DNA of 11,149 bases, from the UHGV virus genome UHGV-0098625. One strand, 5' to 3'. The position numbers were made by a program, and so were the translations under genes. The stretch comes from a virus. Shown here piece by piece: positions 7,037-11,149 of this stretch. Each line of letters starts with the position of its first letter. Position 1 is the stretch's first letter. The notes under the pieces were generated by a model. The model made no database searches. It saw only the letters and a program-made list of their open reading frames with translations, and was not told the origin of the DNA.

Positions 7037-7122
7037 ATCTTAATGATTTCCTTATTTTTATTGTAGGGATCTTCTTTTTTATTTCCTACATCTAGATGCG
7101 TATAAAGTCTCTTGCTGCGGAC

Positions 7123-7839
<717 letters not shown>

Positions 7840-7846
7840 TTAAATC

Positions 7847-7912
7847 TATCACCGCGAGGGATAAATATCTAACACCGTGCGTGTTGACTATTTTACCTCT
7901 AGCGGTGATAAT
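7847..7912. promoter_or_regulatory. OR3-OR2-OR1 operators with divergent promoters pRM (leftward) and pR (rightward)
   Basis: OR3 tatcaccgcgagggata 7847..7863; OR2 taacaccgtgcgtgttg 7870..7886; OR1 tacctctagcggtgata 7894..7910. pR -35 TTGACT 7884..7889 and -10 GATAAT 7907..7912 with 17-bp spacer. cro RBS AAGGAGG at 7926..7932. Confidence 0.9.
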
Positions 7913-7927
7913 AGTTGCATGTACTAA

Positions 7928-8137
<210 letters not shown>

Positions 8138-8144
8138 ATAACCC

Positions 8145-8176
8145 CGCTCTTACACATTCCAGCCCTGAAAAAGGGC
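8145..8176 (+). promoter_or_regulatory. nutR (boxA + boxB)
   Basis: cgctctta at 8145..8152, spacer cacattcca, then boxB gccctgaaaaagggc at 8162..8176 (5-bp stem, GAAAA loop). Matches lambda nutR. Confidence 0.88.
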
Positions 8177-8255
8177 ATCAAATTAAACCACACCTATGGT
8201 GTATGCATTTATTTGCATACATTCAATCAATTGTTATCTAAGGAAATACTTACAT

Positions 8256-8534
8256 ATGCAACTTACAAGTACTCGCAAGAAAGCGAATGCAATTACAAGC
8301 AACATCCTGAATCGAATTGCTGTACGTGGTCAGCGAAAGGTTGCCGACGCGTTAGGGATTAATGAATCGCAAATTTCGCGATGGAAAGACAGCTTCATCC
8401 CAAAAATGGGAATGCTTCTGGCTGTTCTTGAATGGGGTGTTGAAGACGAGGAGTTGGCGGAACTGGCTAAGCAAGTAGCCAGAATGCTGACAAAAGAAAA
8501 AGCCCCGAAGAACGGCGAATTCTTCGAGGCCTGA
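8256..8534 (+). CDS. cII: CII-like transcriptional activator, 92 aa (not the lambda allele)
   Basis: Track ORF 8196..8534; preferred start is the ATG at 8256 with AAGGA RBS, at the position of the lambda cII start. The conserved core SQISRWK...IPK..MLLAVLEWGV matches the CII family; the N- and C-termini differ from lambda CII. Confidence 0.8.
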   Translation: MQLTSTRKKANAITSNILNRIAVRGQRKVADALGINESQISRWKDSFIPKMGMLLAVLEWGVEDEELAELAKQVARMLTKEKAPKNGEFFEA

Positions 8535-8568
8535 TGTAGAAAGACTGGATCAATCCACAGGAGTAATT

Positions 8569-8730
8569 ATGACAAAACGTCGTAAGAAATACCAGGAAAA
8601 AGAAGAGATTCGACACCCTGATTCACCTGAGGGATTAGTGGTAGCCGCAGCAAATAACAGGGCGTTCGCAGAACGCCTTGTTGGTGTTTACAGACTAGCC
8701 AAAGCAGGAGTGAAACATGGGCGTCGTTAA
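8569..8730 (+). CDS. putative small basic protein, 53 aa
   Basis: Absent from the ORF track. ATG at 8569 with AGGAG 7 nt upstream. Hand translation: [53 protein letters not shown], stop at 8728..8730. Overlaps the O start by 14 nt in another frame. Confidence 0.3.
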   Translation: MTKRRKKYQEKEEIRHPDSPEGLVVAAANNRAFAERLVGVYRLAKAGVKHGRR

Positions 8731-9538
8731 GTTAGCTGATTACAGGCCTCAACTGGAGGTCGTGGAGCATCGCGTGGCAGATACCGAAGATGGTTTCATG
8801 CGCGTTGCTAACGAGATTACCGACAGTCTGCTGATGGCTGATTTAACCGTCCGGCAGTTGAAGGTGATGCTCGCTATCATGCGCAAGACATACGGATTCA
8901 ATAAGCCGATGGATCGACTCACAAACACGCAGATAGCAGCCATGACAGGTATTCATCACACTCATGTTTGCGCTGCCAAGCGCCAGCTTATTGAGCGTAA
9001 ATTCCTCATTGCTGATGGCGTGAAAATCGGAGTGAACAAGGTGGTTTCTCAGTGGATTAGCCAGGACAGCTTAACATTAGCTAAAACAGCTAATAAAACA
9101 TTAGCCAAGTCGGCTAATGGGTATAAGCCAAGTCAGCTAAACACAAAAGACAATATACAAAAGACAATAAATACAAATACCCCCTTACCCCCTAACGGGG
9201 GCGGCGATGGGCAGGTTAAACCTGAACGTCGCAAGGCAGAACGAATCGACTACGAATCCTTCCTGAACGCCTACAACACCGAAGTCGGTGACAGACTTCC
9301 ACACGCTGTTGCGGTCAACGAGAAACGAAAACGCCGCCTGAAGAAAATCATCCCGCAACTGAAAACGCCAAACGTGGACGGTTTCAGAGCGTATGTCAGG
9401 GCGTTTGTGCATCAGGCCAAGCCGTTTTACTTCGGAGACAACGACACGGGCTGGACGGCTGATTTTGATTACCTGCTGAGAGAAGATTCGTTAACGGGAG
9501 TTCGTGAAGGGAAGTTTGCAGACAGGGGGATTGCATGA
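8717..9538 (+). CDS. O: replication initiator, O family, 273 aa
   Basis: ORF track. AGGAG RBS. The N-terminal region ([32 protein letters not shown]) resembles the lambda O N-terminal DNA-binding domain (lambda: LTKRQFKVLLAILRKTYGWNKPMDRITDSQL). Origin-like iterons lie inside the gene. Stop overlaps the helicase start (ATGA). Confidence 0.85.
   Translation: MGVVKLADYRPQLEVVEHRVADTEDGFMRVANEITDSLLMADLTVRQLKVMLAIMRKTYGFNKPMDRLTNTQIAAMTGIHHTHVCAAKRQLIERKFLIADGVKIGVNKVVSQWISQDSLTLAKTANKTLAKSANGYKPSQLNTKDNIQKTINTNTPLPPNGGGDGQVKPERRKAERIDYESFLNAYNTEVGDRLPHAVAVNEKRKRRLKKIIPQLKTPNVDGFRAYVRAFVHQAKPFYFGDNDTGWTADFDYLLREDSLTGVREGKFADRGIA
9057..9180. other. putative replication origin inside O: four iterons plus an AT-rich tract
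   Basis: Iterons ttagccaggacagcttaa 9057..9074, ttagctaaaacagctaa 9077..9093, ttagccaagtcggctaa 9101..9117, taagccaagtcagctaa 9124..9140 (each an internal inverted repeat, about 23-bp period), then the A/T-rich 9141..9180 (acacaaaagacaatatacaaaagacaataaatacaaatac). Confidence 0.75.
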
Positions 9539-10911
9539 AACAGGATATCGAAGCGAGCGTTATCGGTGGCCTGCTGATTGGTGGATTAACACCAACTGCC
9601 AGTGACGTTCTGGCAACGCTTGAGCCGGAAGCGTTTTCAATTCCGCTCTACCGGAAAGCCTTCGAGGTTATCCGCAAGCAGGCGCGAAACAGAAATTTAA
9701 TCGACGCGCTGATGGTCGCCGAGGCGTGCGGAGAGGAGCATTTCACGTCAATCCTGATGACCAGCAAAAACTGCCCGAGTGCCGCAAACCTGAAGGGATA
9801 TGCCGGAATGGTCGCGGATAACTATCACCGCCGTCTGGTGCTGGAAATCATGGATGAAATGCGTGAACCAATTCAGAGCGGAACCATCGACGCATCGAGT
9901 CAGGCGATGGATGAGCTTGTAAAGCGTCTTTCAGCCATCAGAAAGCCCCGTGACGAGGTTAAACCTGTACGGTTAGGGGAAATCATCACCGACTACACTG
10001 ACACGCTTGACAGGCGTCTGAGGAACGGAGAAGAGTCAGATACCCTGAAGACCGGAATCGAAGAACTTGATGCCATCACCGGAGGGATGAACGCGGAAGA
10101 CCTGGTGATAATCGCTGCTCGTCCTGGTATGGGGAAAACCGAACTGGCGCTGAAGATTGCCGAAGGCGTTGCAAGCCGCGTTATTCCTGGTTCTGACGTC
10201 CGGCGCGGGGTATTGATTTTCTCAATGGAAATGAGCGCATTGCAGATTGCAGAGCGAAGCATTGCCAACGCCGGGAGGATGTCGGTTAGCGTACTGCGAA
10301 ATCCTGCATCGATGGATGACGAGGGCTGGGCACGTGTTGCTAACGGCATGAGTCAGCTTGCAGATTTGGATGTATGGGTAGTCGATGCCTCGCGGTTATC
10401 GGTCGAAGAAATTCGCTCAATCGCAGAACGGCACAAACAGGAAAATCCAAACCTGTCACTCATCATGGCGGATTATCTTGGCCTGATTGAGAAGCCGAAA
10501 GCAGACCGCAACGACCTCGCAATTGCTCACATCTCAGGAAGCCTGAAGGCGATGGCGAAAGACCTGAAAACGCCTGTTATCTCCCTAAGTCAACTTTCGC
10601 GCGATGTTGAGAAGCGACCAAACAAACGCCCGACAAACGCAGATTTGCGTGATTCAGGAAGCATTGAACAGGACGCAGACTCAATCATCATGCTCTATCG
10701 GGAAGCGGTATATGACGAGAACAGTAGCGCCGCGCCATTTGCTGAAATCATCGTGACGAAAAACCGTTTTGGCTCACTTGGTACGGTTTACCAGCGGTTC
10801 TGCAACGGACACTTTGTTGCATGTGACCAGGATGAAGCCAGACAGATTTGCACAGCATCAAATGCACCTGCTGCTCGTGGCAGACGATATGCACAAGGGG
10901 CTGACGTATGA
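9535..10911 (+). CDS. DnaB-family replicative helicase, 458 aa (takes the place of lambda P)
   Basis: ORF track. Walker [17 protein letters not shown], Walker B-like LIMADYLGL, and the IISLSQLSR and [14 protein letters not shown] motifs typical of DnaB-type helicases. Size and position match the P22 gene 12-type helicase. Confidence 0.9.
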   Translation: MKQDIEASVIGGLLIGGLTPTASDVLATLEPEAFSIPLYRKAFEVIRKQARNRNLIDALMVAEACGEEHFTSILMTSKNCPSAANLKGYAGMVADNYHRRLVLEIMDEMREPIQSGTIDASSQAMDELVKRLSAIRKPRDEVKPVRLGEIITDYTDTLDRRLRNGEESDTLKTGIEELDAITGGMNAEDLVIIAARPGMGKTELALKIAEGVASRVIPGSDVRRGVLIFSMEMSALQIAERSIANAGRMSVSVLRNPASMDDEGWARVANGMSQLADLDVWVVDASRLSVEEIRSIAERHKQENPNLSLIMADYLGLIEKPKADRNDLAIAHISGSLKAMAKDLKTPVISLSQLSRDVEKRPNKRPTNADLRDSGSIEQDADSIIMLYREAVYDENSSAAPFAEIIVTKNRFGSLGTVYQRFCNGHFVACDQDEARQICTASNAPAARGRRYAQGADV

Positions 10912-10991
10912 CCATCTACATCACTGAGCTTGTAACAGGCCTGCTGGTAATCGCAGGCCTTTTTATTTGGGGGAGAGTAAATCGTGGTTGA
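10908..10991 (+). CDS. putative small hydrophobic protein, 27 aa
   Basis: ATG overlaps the helicase TGA (ATGA at 10908..10911); AAGGGG upstream. Hand translation [27 protein letters not shown], one predicted transmembrane segment. Very short, so speculative. Confidence 0.25.
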   Translation: MTIYITELVTGLLVIAGLFIWGRVNRG

Positions 10992-11149
10992 GTTTATGCT
11001 CGTCGCACTCAAATGCGTTGGCGTTGGATGGATTCTTCTAACGTTTTTTATTGTTCTGCATAGCTACATTCGCCTTGTGAATGACGGTAAAGATCCATGG
11101 TATACGTTGTTTGGCGCTGCATTTGTCTGGGTGATTATCGGTGTTATGC
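10984..11149 (+). CDS. putative small membrane protein, partial (runs off the window end)
   Basis: GGGGGAGAG RBS 6 nt upstream of GTG 10984 (in-frame ATG at 10996). Frame stays open to 11149: ..MLVALKCVGVGWILLTFFIVLHSYIRLVNDGKDPWYTLFGAAFVWVIIGVM, with two hydrophobic stretches. Confidence 0.35.
   Translation, partial: MVEFMLVALKCVGVGWILLTFFIVLHSYIRLVNDGKDPWYTLFGAAFVWVIIGVM

Noticed and set aside
8196-8534. 112-aa version of cII starting at ATG 8196
   Set aside because: The upstream ATG lies in the lambda-like cro-cII intergenic/pRE region and has no RBS. The ATG at 8256 has AAGGA at the right spacing and corresponds to the lambda cII start.
8749-9412. Minus-strand ORFs of 64 and 75 aa
   Set aside because: Antisense to O.
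9993-11012. Minus-strand ORFs of 118 and 74 aa
   Set aside because: Antisense to the helicase and the small downstream ORFs.

Overview
This window is the early/immunity region of a lambdoid prophage with lambda-type immunity, most likely in an enterobacterial host; the one stretch I would chase first is a 301-aa AT-rich gene sitting where lambda carries rexA/rexB. All identifications rest on reading the six-frame translations and DNA motifs against lambda sequences as I recall them; no database search was run. The minus strand carries the leftward pL operon: OL1-3/pL, nutL, N, an AT-rich three-ORF insert, ea10, cIII, kil, gam, bet, exo, orf60a- and orf63-like genes, a DksA/TraR-type zinc-finger gene, an Ea22-like gene and a partial ORF at the left edge. 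The centre holds cI with OR1-3/pR/pRM. The plus strand carries the rightward pR operon: cro, nutR, a cII-like gene that is not lambda cII, an O-type initiator with internal origin iterons, a DnaB-family helicase in place of lambda P, and small membrane-like ORFs at the right edge. The phage is therefore mosaic: lambda-like immunity and Red recombination joined to a different cII and replication module. The two accessory candidates are the rex-slot gene (6131..7036) and the insert between N and ea10 (4233..5269); both are functionally unassigned. No rRNA, tRNA, CRISPR array or transposase was seen.
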